Below, piece after piece: positions 39,911-52,739 of a DNA stretch of 64,000 nt. This DNA is from Octopus sinensis (Eukaryota). Made by a program: the position numbers and the translations under genes. The stretch lies in assembly GCF_006345805.1 (NCBI RefSeq), contig NC_043001.1:23250001-23314000 (forward strand), written 5' to 3'. The notes under the pieces are model-generated. The model did not search any database. It was not told where the DNA came from and saw only the letters and a list, made by a program, of their open reading frames with translations. Within the stretch, counting starts at the first letter, position 1, and each line of letters starts with the position of its first letter.

Positions 39911-41329
39911 AAAATGGCATCCTGCAAATGAGTCCTATTATTTACTGCTACTTAAGCTCTTCACTTCCTATAGAATATTGGCCATTGATGATGTTTCTCC
40001 TCTGTTCTTGACATTGGGCTGTCTTTACTGCTGCTTCTAAGTCTTGTTGGTTTTGAATTATCAATGCTTCTGTAACTCTACTTTTCTCTGGGTAGAGGTG
40101 TTGATCTATGCAACCCCATTTTCACTTCTGGGATGAGGTGGTCCAAATTAGTCTGGCCTCTGTCCTTTGACCTGTCCAGCATGAGAAGCCCTACCAGGAG
40201 CTTACACTCAGCTACAATAGCTCTCAGTGTCATGAAAACACAAAAGTTACCATACCACGACAAGGACTGGACCTTGTGAATTCTGATGTTACTTATGGTA
40301 AATTTTGTATTTGAATATCTAACATAATTATATGGGGATACTTGCTAAGTAAAACGATTAATAAAATACAAATAGCAACTTCGCTCTTTTCTCTCCCCAA
40401 CTTACAGAAGTACAGTTGTCATGATGCAGATACACAACCACGCTCAGTCTGACCACGTATTACCTTATTTCCTCTTTCGCATTGGCCACTCCCACCTGTC
40501 AAGTATCCAATCAGAATACTTAACCACTCCTACTGTATAAATTAATCTATATTATGTTTTATTATGAGAACTGAATACAATATGCATGCATAATTATAAT
40601 AAAAAAGTTTTTATTGCTAGAAACCTGACAAAGAGTAACTCATAAATGTCTCTATTAATAGGACATTGAAAACACATACACACATAAATCTTAGAAACCA
40701 AGAAATAGATATATGCTGTTCCTCAATCATTTCTATCATAGCACCAAATTGCCAATACAGTTTCAGAAATTAGATGATGTTTTCTGTACAAATTGGCTGA
40801 TATTATCATGATTGATATTTATCATAATCAATATCAAATTGGAAGGCATGATTAAATCCAGCAAATGGAGCATGGAAAGTTGGACAGAACTTCACCGTTA
40901 TCAGTCTAGAATAAAAACCAAAAGTATTTGATAATAAAAGTCTTGTATATTTTTTAATTTTTTGACATGTGATTCTTTATGCCTTGCCAAGCTATCCAAT
41001 TCATTGAGACAAACAACATTGATTCTTCTGGATGGCTAGTAGCTCTCTAGTTAGGTTGAATTTACCAGCCTTTTTATAGCTGTTAACCATCCTTCTAGAA
41101 TCTTCAACCAAATAGTTTGGTGGGAAAACTAGCATACTTCCTTTGCAGTTTGCCTCCTCAGCCATAAGTCAACCAGTGCTGACTGGTTGGGCCATATTCG
41201 CATGGGTATTAATAACTTTTATGGAAATATATTATTTCATGGTTCTAGACTGGGGAAAATCTGTGAGCTATGGTTCAAATCTCAGCCATGGTGTTGCTAC
41301 AAATGGAATAAAGCCCATGTTGATATATA

Positions 41330-41708
41330 CTCTTTTCTCTTTTACTCTTTTACTTGTTTCAGTCATTTGACTGCGGCCATGCTGAAGCACCACCTTTAGT
41401 TGAGCAACTCGACCCCGGGACTTATTCTTTTTGTAAGCCCAGTACTTATTCTATCGATCTCTTTTTGACGAACCGCTAAGTGATGGGGACGTAAACACAC
41501 AGACGCACAAACACACACCCATACATATATATATACACACACACATATATACGACGGGCTTCTTTCAGTTTCCGTCTACCAAATCCACTCACAAGGCATT
41601 GGTCGGCCCGGGGCTATAGTAGAAGACACTTGCCCAAGATGCCACGCAGTGGGACTGAACCCGGAACCATGTGGTTGGTTAGCAAGCTACTTACCACACA
41701 GCCACTCC
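41330..41708 (-). mobile_element. SINE family A
   Basis: Complete copy. Confidence 0.85.
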
Positions 41709-41747
41709 ATTCTTTTTCCAGTATTTCATTAAACTGGTGACACCTTA

Positions 41748-41885
41748 TATGAAGAGGTGCTGAAAAGTTCCTGACTTTAAGAGTATCATGAAAACCTGGT
41801 TGGAAGCCTAACCTTCCAAGTTCTTTTAACGGGCTTAAAGAAATTGAAGGACTACTCCAATAAGTGTGTACATCTGAGAGGTAAA
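41748..41885. mobile_element. Mariner-type MITE fragment
   Basis: Starts ta-tgaagaggtgctgaaaagttcctgacttt, a mariner TIR-like end. Confidence 0.45.
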
Positions 41886-43180
41886 ATAAAAAGGTAAAGT
41901 TACCTTTTTGAGTCATGCTGATTCACAAAGGCCAATTTCATGACACATATATTCCCCACTTGGACTGGACGCCAGTCTATTACAGGATTACTCATTTTTG
42001 CCAACTCAGTGGACTGGAGCAACATGGAATGAAGTGTTTTACTCAAGAACACAACATGCCACCTGGTCCAGGAATTCAAACCACAATCTTACAATCATGA
42101 GTCTAATACCCGACCCACTAAGCCATGCACCTTCCGCAATCGGAGAGGGGAATGTGTTGAATAAAATCATAATTAACTGATCCTTCTGTATTTTCTGTCA
42201 CCCAAAGCCAGGAACTTTTCACCATCCCCTCATATATGTGTGTGTATACAACTTTATATAATGTGTCTTTTTTTTAAGAGAGAGTAGGTTATGATCTGAG
42301 AGATTTGGTTGCAAATTATGACAGGTCAGATGATCATATAGAAGCTTCTTCAATTGTCTCAACATTACAAACATTGAACATTGCTGCAACATACAAAATC
42401 ACTTATAGATACTGCATGGTACAACAATTGTTATGGTATTAATATTATCCTAGCTCCATCTTTTAATTTAGAGACTACAACACCTTCATCATCATCATCA
42501 TCATCATTTTAGTGTCCACTTTTCTAAGCTTATGTGGGTTGGACAGAATTTGTTGAGGCAAATTTTCTATGTCTAGATGCCCTTCCTGTTGCCAACCTTC
42601 ACCTGTTTCCAAGTTATGGTAATATTTCCCCGTTGCCAGATTTGTTTTCACTGAAGACTGGAAATGAGAAACAGTTGCATGACAGTAACATTTGTTTGCA
42701 ACAATCATGCAAAGTCAAGACACACATACATATACACTCATAGATATACATACACACATATATACATAGAGAGAGAAGCATAATGATGCAGATAAATAAA
42801 CACACTTGGGCTTGATATACACCCATATATATATATATAAATATATATTTATAAAATGAGATAGGGGTTGTAAATTCAACCCTTCATGGAATAACATATA
42901 TCCAATATACTGCTAGAGAAGTACCCAACAAAGCTAATACATAAATGTTAAAAATTGCAATGCAATTAATTCATCTACTGTATTATGTGGGCAAAGGTAA
43001 AATTATTACCGTAAATTAATAATACAAAATGAGAAAATGGAGAAATATATCTAAATCAATCATCAACCATCAGATAATACCCAATCAATACTTTATTAAA
43101 CCATTACACAATAGCAATGATATTATACATTAATATAGTACAAATATAACAAGACATAGAAATAGAAATAGAAATACATT

Positions 43181-43310
43181 TACATTGTAGCTGACAGCTG
43201 TTTCGGCCGTGAAGACAGGTATGTCCCATTTAACCTATTAGCCATATAAAGCAGGTATAAATGAGACATTAACAAGAATGTCTCACGGCCTCTTCAGAGA
43301 ATTTAATGCA
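43181..43310 (-). ncRNA. Type I hammerhead ribozyme with extended stem II (mirror copy)
   Basis: Reverse complement of the 44590-44719 motif: core at 43291-43297, GAAAC at 43200-43204, GUC at 43193-43195. Confidence 0.8.
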
Positions 43311-44494
43311 ACTATGAAAAAAATTTACATATAAATATAAATATGTGTGCATACACACTCATATTCTTACATATATATATATACACAATAATACAATATA
43401 AACAATATAGATCAATATACATTAACAAACACAATAATGTTCCATATTGAACTCCACAGTTCTATAACCAACATCAAGGACCCACAACATGTACACTCAC
43501 ATTTAAAGCAGGCATATATATTGAACAGTCCAATCTATTAAAGTGTGTCATTACACAAAAAGTCAATAAAATTAATATTAATATTAATAATAATAATAAC
43601 AACCATGACTGTACCATCCAATGCAAGCGGACATCCACATATATACTCAATCAGTCGAATTCCTCTGCCCGCATGGTATTGATTTTCATAGATGGATTCG
43701 ATTGGCTTATAGTTTTAAATTTAAATCCAGCCACCCCGGACAAAACCATGGCCGTGGTATTAACTAAGTATTTACAAATAGATCTACTCACATATGTCCA
43801 TAAATCAGTAAATGCAAACATACATATAATTATATCCAGATAGAGAGTGTAATTTGTCATAAGGTACATAAGCTGGATGTCTGCATGCATGTATGTGCAA
43901 TCGGTTGAGTTCCTCTGTTTTGCATGTGTATAGTTGCGATACTACCTCTTATTTATTTATTTATTTATTTATTTATGATTTGGTTGTGTATGTGGGTATG
44001 TCTGTGTGTATGTGTGTGTATACATATAACTATGTATGTATGTGCGCACGATTTGTGGATGTGCGTGCGCGTGTGTATGTTTCCTGTGCGTGTGTGTATG
44101 TTTCCTGTGCGCGTGTGTATGTTTCCTAGCTAACTAACCGTAAAATTTCCATTGAAATTTAAATTTAAAACTATAAGCCAATCGAATCCATCTATGAAAA
44201 TCAATACCATGCGGGCAGAGGAATTCGACTGATTGAGTATATATGTGGATGTCCGCTTGCATTGGATGGTACAGTCGTGGTTGTTATTGTTATTATTAAT
44301 ATTAATATTAATTTTATTGACTTTTGTGTAATGACACATTTTAATAGATTGGACTGTTCAATATATATGCCTGCTTTAAATGTGAGTGTACATGTTGTGG
44401 GTCCTTGATGTTGGTTATAGAACTGTGGAGTTCAATATGGAACATTATTGTGTTTGTTAATGTATATTGATCTATATTGTTTATATTGTATTAT

Positions 44495-44532
<38 letters not shown>

Positions 44533-44589
44533 AGAATATTAGTGTGTATGCACACATATTTATATTTATATGTAAATTTTTTTCATAGT

Positions 44590-44719
44590 TGCATTAAATT
44601 CTCTGAAGAGGCCGTGAGACATTCTTGTTAATGTCTCATTTATACCTGCTTTATATGGCTAATAGGTTAAATGGGACATACCTGTCTTCACGGCCGAAAC
44701 AGCTGTCAGCTACAATGTA
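44590..44719 (+). ncRNA. Type I hammerhead ribozyme with extended stem II
   Basis: CUGAAGA 44603-44609; stem II GGCCGUGA/UCACGGCC around a 70-nt insert; GAAAC 44696-44700; palindromic ACAGCUGU stem III; GUC cleavage triplet 44705-44707; stem I CU/AG plus UGCAUU/AAUGUA. Confidence 0.8.
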
Positions 44720-44875
44720 GATGTATTTCTATTTCTATTTCTATGTCTTGTTATATTTGTACTATATTAATGTATAATATCATTGCTATTGTGTAATGGT
44801 TTAATAAAGTATTGATTGGGTATTATCTGATGGTTGATGATTGATTTAGATATATTTCTCCATTTTCTCATTTTG

Positions 44876-44946
<71 letters not shown>

Positions 44947-45317
44947 GTAAATATATATAGAGAAGGATAGGCTTATACATGTTTATCTTCTGAATATTTT
45001 CAGTTTTTCTTCCTCTCTCGATATATATATATATATATATAATATATATATATATATATTCCTATATATGTTTACATGCATATTTGTATGTATTTTATAT
45101 ATCAAGCCCAGGCATGTTTGTTTGCATCATCATCTCCATATACGCTCACCTGAATTCCTCTTATAGCCACTCTTTATCTCACAAACTTAGTCTTTGATAA
45201 GATTTTAGAGTGTAAGTTTAAATCATTTAAGAAATACTAAATGTTTTCCATATTGAGCATCTCTGGAGCTCATCTGTTGACTTTCTCTCCCTATCCCTGC
45301 CCCGCACTCTCTCTCTG

Positions 45318-45349
<32 letters not shown>

Positions 45350-45419
45350 TAAAATAGTATATATATGTATGAGAAAGTATTTTCCATGGTTCAAAGATCT
45401 GGCATCTTCTTTCAGCAAA

Positions 45420-45680
45420 TAAGAAAGCCACCGGTGGCACGTAAAAAGCACCATCCGATCGTGGCCGTTTGCCAGCCTCGTCTGGCACCTGTGCCGGTGG
45501 CACGTAAAAAGCACCCATTACACTCATAGAGTGGTTGATGTTAGGAAGGGCATCCAACCGTAGAAACATTGCTAGATTAGACTGGGCCTGGTGCAGCCTT
45601 CTGGCTTCCCAGACCCCAGTTGCACCGTCCAACCTATGCCAGCATGGAAAGCGGACGCTAAACGATGATGATGATGATGT
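45420..45680 (+). mobile_element. RTE 3'-UTR/tail copy
   Basis: ggtggcacgtaaaaagcacc...gcatggaaagcggacgctaaacgatgatgat. Confidence 0.75.
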
Positions 45681-45809
45681 ATAATTACCTATGGTTATAC
45701 ACATATATATATAAATAATTTACAGTCTACGGACAATTTTTTATGCATGCTGGTCACTGGTATAAATTATTAATTTTAATAATTTTTACCCTTAATATAC
45801 TTAATATGT

Positions 45810-46135
45810 TCAGTGGTTAGAGCATTGAACTTACGATCATGAAGTTGTGAGTTCGATTCCTGGACCAGGCTGCATGTTGTGTTCTTAAGCAAGACACTTT
45901 ATTTCACGTTGCTCCAGTTCACTCAGCTGGAGAAATGAGTTACAACATCATTGGTGCCAAGTTGTATCGGCCTTTGCCTTTCCCTTGGATAACATCAGTG
46001 GTATGGAGAGGGGAGGCTGGTATGCATGGGCAACTGCTGGCCTTCCACAAACAACCTTGCTCGGACTTGTGCCTCAGAGGGTAACTTTCTAGGTGCAATC
46101 CCATGATCATTCATGACTAAAGGAGGTCTCCTCCT
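45810..46135 (+). mobile_element. SINE family C
   Basis: A-box cagtggttagagc, B-box gagttcgattcc, central ttgctccagttcactcagctg. Confidence 0.75.
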
Positions 46136-46179
<44 letters not shown>

Positions 46180-46183
<4 letters not shown>

Positions 46184-46450
46184 AGTCCACACTGTAAAGT
46201 GGTTGGCTTTTGGAAGGACATCCAGCTGTAAAAACCATGCCAAAACTGACCTTGCCTGTGCTGGTGCCATGTTAAAAGCACTTGATCGACTCTGTGAAGT
46301 GGTTGGTGTTAGGAAGGGCATCCAACCATAAAATAAAAACTATGTCAAAACAGACACTGAAGTTTTATGCAGTCTTCTGTCTCATCAGCTCCTGTCAAAC
46401 TGTCCAACCCATGCCAGTATGGAAAGTAGTCATTAAATGATGACAATGAT
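46180..46450 (+). mobile_element. RTE tail copy
   Basis: ggaaggacatccagctg...ccaacccatgccagtatggaaag...aaatgatgac. Confidence 0.5.
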
Positions 46451-46505
46451 ATCTATCTGTCTATCTATCTATCTATCCATCTAACTATCCATCTATCTAT
46501 CTATA

Positions 46506-46588
<83 letters not shown>

Positions 46589-47670
46589 TACAAATGGGCT
46601 TCTTTCCATTTCAGATTACCAAATCCACTCACAAAGCATTGGTTGGCCTGGGATTATAGCAGAAAACACCTGCCCAAGGCTCCATGCAGTGAAACTGAAC
46701 CTGGAACCATGTGGTTGGGAGGCAAATTTCTTACCACGCAGCCATGCTTCTGGCTATGTTCAATACTTCTCTTGGCTGCAATCTACCATTTGAGAATGAG
46801 TATTGTAAAACTAAGATGGATCACTTATTAATCAGAATTACATTACATACTTTGGTACAGTGAAAGGATTGAAAATTTATATATAAAAAAAAAACAAAAA
46901 GAAAGATGAAATAGCTCAATGGAGAACTAAAATTTATTGATATCACAGAGAACATAGCGTTAAATTATTATTATTTTTTTTTAACTTCTGCTGAATCAAT
47001 TTATAGATTGTTTAATCAAGTTTCCAGATATTAACTGTTATTGTCACTACCTGTTTACAATCTCCTTTTCCCACTACCATTGTCTTCAATAGCCTGTTTG
47101 AAGTTTTGCCGCAGTCATCTTTCTATTGTTATGCGTTTTTATTAGTGATGTTATCGTGGCCAATACATAAAGTGAATGAAATAAATAAACGAACAAAACA
47201 AAAAAAAAAAAGAAAGAAGAAAGAAGAAACCAGAATTTTTATCAACAAGTTCTGGAAATATTTGATTGTGTATATAGTTGTGATTGGTCGTGAGTGAGTG
47301 TGCAATTTGGTAGTGTCTTTGTGATCATACTATTTTGTTCTCCTTTTTGTGCTTTTTAAGAGATTTTGTTGCTTGTGAAATAGGATGTATAGTGAGTATA
47401 CATACATACAGACAGATAGACAGACAGATTCACACATACATGTATACCTAAATATATCTGCATATGAGTATGTGTGTGTAAATGAAAAACTATATATGAA
47501 GTATATCTACTCTATATAATTGTAAAACAACAGATCCATATATTGGTAGCTAACTTATGCATATCTGATCTGTTACTGGTCTGTCTGTCTATCTATGTAT
47601 TTATAAAACATATAAAACATACTTATGTTTATGTGTATTTATATATACACATATGTGTATATATATATAT

Positions 47671-47885
47671 ATATATGACCTTTCAATATGTGACCTCGTG
47701 AGTACCGCTGGCGATTTTTTTCCCTCTGTCTTCCCTTCTTGGGATTTTTCCTTCTCCTTTGTTTCCGACGAAGAGCTCCGCTCGAAATGTTAAACCCTCC
47801 TTCTTCCCTTCTTTCCTGAGCATCCAATAATACTTTATTTGTTCCACGTCCTCGCGTTGTTGTGTTTTTTTGTTTTTTTGTGTTT
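47671..47885 (+). mobile_element. Short HHR-bearing (PLE-derived) element between (TA)n tracts
   Basis: gttt-CCGACGA-A-GAGC[tcc]GCTC-GAAA-tgtt-aaac at 47761-47795; a related copy lies at 26330-26580. Confidence 0.6.
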
Positions 47886-47903
47886 TCTTGTTTGGATTAA
47901 CTT

Positions 47904-47940
<37 letters not shown>

Positions 47941-48199
47941 ATGTATACACATATTGTTTTGATTCTCACTTGGGTCACCATTTTGTTAAAGTAGTGCTGC
48001 TGTATAGGGCTTAAAGGATCCTCCTCACCTTTTTGGGTAGTAAACACATCGTGTAGATCTTAACATAACCACATGGCCTAAGTGTAACTTTTACAAAATT
48101 TACTCTATTGCAAGAATTCAAACTAGGCTCTTAGCAGGAGTTATCAAGACTTCACTGTGCACTGACACCTGCTTTACTTCCGTAGTTGCAAGAAAAAGA

Positions 48200-48860
48200 A
48201 AAAAAAAAGAAAAAAACTGAAGGAAAATTCTCCTTCCTGTTTTCCAACATCCATGTACTCTGATCCCACCTGAACCCCCATCCTTCCATTGCTTCTTACC
48301 TACATGCAAATCACACATCCTTATTCCTCTCAAATACAGAAGTTTCTTACCTGTTATAATTTCTCTGTTGTCCCAGTTACCCCTCTTTACCAAAACTTCA
48401 CCAAAAGGTTGGTGCCTTTTCATATATAGATTAATTCCTCTACTTTCTACAATTCAACTGTTCTATCTAAAGATCAGCAACAAAGAATTCCAGTTACTCT
48501 GGCTCAAAGTTTCCCTGTTCCTTTCCTCCAAATACATATGCTTCCCTTACTACTCTCCAAACTCCTCTAACCACTAACTTTTCTGCTATACCTCCTCCGG
48601 GATTAAAGACATCTCTTTCTCCCAAAGTCAATGAATTTAGTCATTTTAATGCTCACAATTCTTCCTCAGCTCTCACATTCATCTCATACTGGAAAAAAAA
48701 TAAAAAAACAATTTTTCACTGATCTTAACTCTCTATATCAACTACATGTACACCTGACAAACACAAATGTTCTAAATACCTTTGACCTTTTTCTCTTTTC
48801 TAAACTCCAGAATTCTTGCAGACCATCACTGTCTTTGTCCAGCCATTGCCTTGTCATAAT
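48200..48860 (+). mobile_element. Decayed LINE apurinic-endonuclease fragment (CR1-like)
   Basis: FQLLWLKV...ICFPYYSPNS and a GDFNAH-like motif (SHFNAH); broken frames. Confidence 0.4.
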
Positions 48861-49391
48861 TACCCACTGGTTCACATACTACATAATACCCACCAGACCC
48901 CATGGCAGCTGAAGTTATCTTGCTGGTCAGCACTATGCTAATTGTTCCTAGCAGACAGTTTACTAACAATTCAAGCAAAATAATAACAACAACACTTTCA
49001 TTGGTATCAGAGGGCCCATGAAAGAAATGTGCACAACTCCTTCCTCTAAGACAACAAAAAAAATCCCTTCTTGTCATTGTTTGAAAAGACTATGGGTCCT
49101 AGCATGGTGTAATTATGCTATTATTTCTTAACAAATCTGATATTATCGAAAGAAAAAATAACAGAAAGCAATTAAGAGCAACAATTGTTATTTGTAGCCA
49201 TTCACTGAGATAACTTCAAATTTCCTCTTCTGTATAAATCTGAGACCAAGAACAACAAAAACACTGTAGAATTTTATATATTTTATTTGATTTTTTAGTA
49301 AAAAATTGTCCTACTTTACAACATAAAAGGTCAAACATTTAATGCAGAGATAAAATGTCTTAAAATATCATTGAACAGATAAACGTTGCAG

Positions 49392-49397
49392 TTTATT
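49392..49397 (-). promoter_or_regulatory. Candidate polyadenylation signal of the nuclear receptor gene
   Basis: AATAAA on the minus strand ~50 nt downstream of the TGA; a second one at 49282-49287. Confidence 0.5.
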
Positions 49398-49447
49398 TTT
49401 AAAACATTCAATAGAATATAAGTGACAACACACATGGAAACTATTCA

Positions 49448-49680
49448 TCAGATATTAATTTTGAAAAGATGTTGGATGTTTACTATTCTTCCTTTGAAAA
49501 AGTACAAGTTTACTAATCCACGGGGGAGGTTCAGATCAGCCAGTGCCATTAACATCTTACCAAACCGGGAAGCTGGGTCACGGTCCTTGCATTGGGTACT
49601 GATATACTGAGACAAGGAAATGTACAACTGCTCTAAGTAAGCTTCTGCTCGACACTCCTCCAGTAAATTTAATTCTTTCA
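49448..49680 (-). CDS. Nuclear receptor LBD terminal exon (helices 9-12)
   Basis: Acceptor ggtttcgttgttctttcag; (A|TG)KELNLLEECRAEAYLEQLYISLSQYISTQCKDRDPASRFGKMLMALADLNLPRGLVNLYFFKGRIVNIQHLFKINI*. RFGKMLMAL and LYFF match the RFGKLLLxL / IEELFF motifs. AATAAA about 50 nt after the stop. Confidence 0.85.
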
Positions 49681-49753
49681 CTGAAAGAACAACGAAACCG
49701 TGTGATTACCCCATAAATATTGCATTTGTGTGAAAGTGAGAAAAAATGAAATA

Positions 49754-50319
49754 TTGGGTTGTCCGGAAAGTTCATGCCGATTTATAGTAGCTTACCTTTC
49801 GACTTATTTTAGAACATGGTTGAGTCCATAAAATAGGATTTGACTACACCTCTATTTAGAGCACAGTTTAAGCTATCTTTTTGTGGAAGAAGGCTTATGC
49901 TCCTATAACCTGTGTTAATTCTGTAACCCTTTAAAATGGAAGATAAGAAAGTTCATTTTCGGTACTTGATGCTTTGGGAACCAGACAAAAATTGCTGCAG
50001 CTCGGCTGGGATGTGTTACCCCACCCTCCATATTCACCACGTATTGCTCCTTTGGATTTCCACTTATTCAGGTCTCTGCAGAATAGTCTTAACGGTAAAA
50101 ATTTCAATTCCTTGGATGACGTAAAAAGATACCGTGATGAATTCTTTGCCATGAAACCACCTCAATTCTGGGAAGAGGGTATTTTCAAGTTAAAGGAAAG
50201 ATGGAGACGCATTGTGCAACAAAATGGTTTATATTTGGTTGATTAAAAATGTAATGGCAAGTATTTATTGACCTTTTTCTTTCCTTTAAAAATTGGCACG
50301 AACTTTCCGGACAACCCAA
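49754..50319 (+). mobile_element. Internally deleted mariner with both TIRs
   Basis: TIRs ttgggttgtccggaaagttc / gaactttccggacaacccaa, TA TSD; HPPYSPRIAPLDFHLFRSLQN. Confidence 0.9.
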
Positions 50320-50781
50320 TAGAATGTCCAAGAGAGGGAAAACAAAGCAATAGATTTTCTTACTCATTCTCTTTCACTTGAAATGTTTAGTACAGCACTG
50401 TGAGTTTAAACCACATGACGAACATTGCAAAGGTACAAAACCTAATTTAGTTATGTCCTTAGTTCTATGGTGCAAATTTTCTGTTTTAACATGATCTATA
50501 CTAAAACCTATCAAAATTTCATATTACTTTATGTCCTAAACATAACCTTATGATGAAAGTTATTTTACTAAATTCTTCATTATTTTCAAAATTATTTGAA
50601 TCAAAGTTAGTATATTTTAATGGAAATATAATAACAAGGCAGTCAAGAAAAAATTATCCATAATAGACACAAAGAAAATTATCTAAATTCTTTGATTAAT
50701 CTAGGTACAGTTTCATACTTTCTCTTTTACAGCCAAATCTTGTTCACCTTATCAACTTGAAACTTCAATTCATTATATTAA

Positions 50782-51001
50782 CCCTTTCGTTACTGTATTT
50801 ATTTTGAGATACTCTGTGTTTCTTTCAATTACTTTAAATATAACAAAGAACTTAGTAAAATAACTTAGTTATCATTCAGCTAGTGTTAGGAACATTAATT
50901 GTGACTAAGGTTTGGTTGTAGATTTTAATTCCAAACTTATGAAAACAAGACATTTGTACTCAGAGCCAGAGCTGGTTTCAGCTGGGTTGGTAATGAAAGG
51001 T
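50782..51001. mobile_element. piggyBac-type MITE (same family as 4622-4842)
   Basis: TTAA flanks; near-identical internal sequence. Confidence 0.8.
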
Positions 51002-51380
51002 TTAAGTTCAGAAAAACCGTCAAACCAAAAGGTCAGACTTTATCTCCAGAAGTGTAGGAGAGAAGAGTTTAAAGCTAAGTGACATTATTAATTAAATAAT
51101 GGTTTTTAATAGAGGCACAAGGCCAAGTTTTCAGTGGAGAGGTCACGCTCATTATATCATCAGAGGTTGATATTACCAAATTGAAATTCTACATTAACAC
51201 CTGGAGGGTTGAAATGCAAAGTTCATTTCAGTAGGATTTGAACTCAGAATGCAAAGAGCTGAAAGAAATATGCAAAGTACTTTTCTCAACATTCCAATGA
51301 TTCTGCCAACCCACCACTCTTTGTACTAATTAAATAACACTAATTGCTTAAACTCTTCAGCAAAATTACCTTTAAGTATA

Positions 51381-51790
51381 ACTCTTTTACTTGTTTCAGT
51401 CATATGACTGGCGCCATGCTGGAGCACCGCCTTTAGTCCAGCAAATCAACCCCAGCACTTATTCTTTGTAAGCCTAGTGCTTATTCTATCGGTGTTTTTT
51501 GCCGAACTGCTAAGTTACAGGGAATATAAACACACCAGCATCGGTTGTCAAGCAATGTTGGGTGGACAAACAGACAGACAAACATATACACACACACACA
51601 CATACATATATATATGTACATATTTATGATGGGCTTCTTTCAGTTTCTATCTTCCAAATTCACTCACAAGGCTTTGGTCAGCCTGAGGCTATAGTAGAAC
51701 ACACTTGCCCAAGGTGCCACGCAGTGGGACTGAACCTGGAACCCTGTGGCTGGTAAGCAAGCTTCATACCACACAGCCACTCCTACGCCT
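51381..51790 (-). mobile_element. SINE family A
   Basis: Complete copy. Confidence 0.85.
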
Positions 51791-52321
51791 ATAAGCTATA
51801 TAAGCTGAAATTCTTAACAAAAGTGAAAATCCTTTCAGCAGGTTCAAATCTTAATTCAGCCCTTCTGTAGGTGGACTAGGGGTATAAGCTGTGTGGAATT
51901 TACAAGAATGTTGTGGAAGAGCAATTTTGTATTCCAAGTAGATTGTTGGTGGAAAGATCAAGGAAGGTGATGGTGGTGGTGGTGGGGGAGAATCTAACAG
52001 GATTGGAATAATTAATGAATACAAGTTGTAAACGAATATTGTTATTTCTTTGTTTCAATGAAATGTAATAGTTGTAAGTACTGTCAATGCATTTGCACAT
52101 TGTTTTGCTTTCTATGATATGTCATTTATGTTCTTTTGTTCTTTTACAGATTTCAGTCAGGCTGAGACACCTCATTCAGAGGTTTTTCACCCTTTTGTTA
52201 CCAAATTTCAGTTGGGATACACTGCCTTGGTTTCGGTTTTGAAAACAATCAGGAATTGGTTAAACTCATAATGTCTCTATTCATTTTCAATAAATTCTAG
52301 TAAATTCAAATGTGAATATAC

Positions 52322-52712
52322 TTTTTTACTCTTTTACTCTTTTACTTGTTTCAGTTATTTGACTGTGGCCATGCTGGAGCATCACCTTTAGTCGATCAAA
52401 TCGACCGCAGGACTTATTTTTTGTTAGCCTAATACTTATTCAATCAGTCTCTTTTGCTGAACCACTAAGTTACATAAACACACCAGCATCGGTTGTCAAG
52501 CGATGTTGGGGGGACAAACACAGACACACATACATATATATATATATATACGACGGGCTTCTTTCAGTTTCCGTCTACCAAATCCACTCACAAGGCTTTG
52601 GTTGGCCCAAGGCTATAGAAGAAGACACTTGCCCAAGGTGCCATGCAGAGGGACTGAACCCGGAACCATGTGGTTCGTAAGCAAGCTACTTACCACATAG
52701 CCACTCCTATGC
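52322..52712 (-). mobile_element. SINE family A
   Basis: Complete copy. Confidence 0.85.
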
Positions 52713-52739
52713 CTTTTTACTGTTTACTTTTGCTTTTTG

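Larger units (their letters stand above)
43022..44878. mobile_element. Long inverted-repeat element (arms 43022-43726 and 44157-44878), probably a PLE pLTR inversion structure
   Basis: Arms are near-exact reverse complements (a few substitutions, different (TA)n length); 430-bp spacer; each arm carries an HHR and an AATAAA; (TA)n at the right flank. Confidence 0.8.

Noticed and set aside
48826-49077. 83-aa ORF downstream of the receptor stop
   Set aside because: No homology recognised; lies beyond the AATAAA and adjoins a LINE relic.
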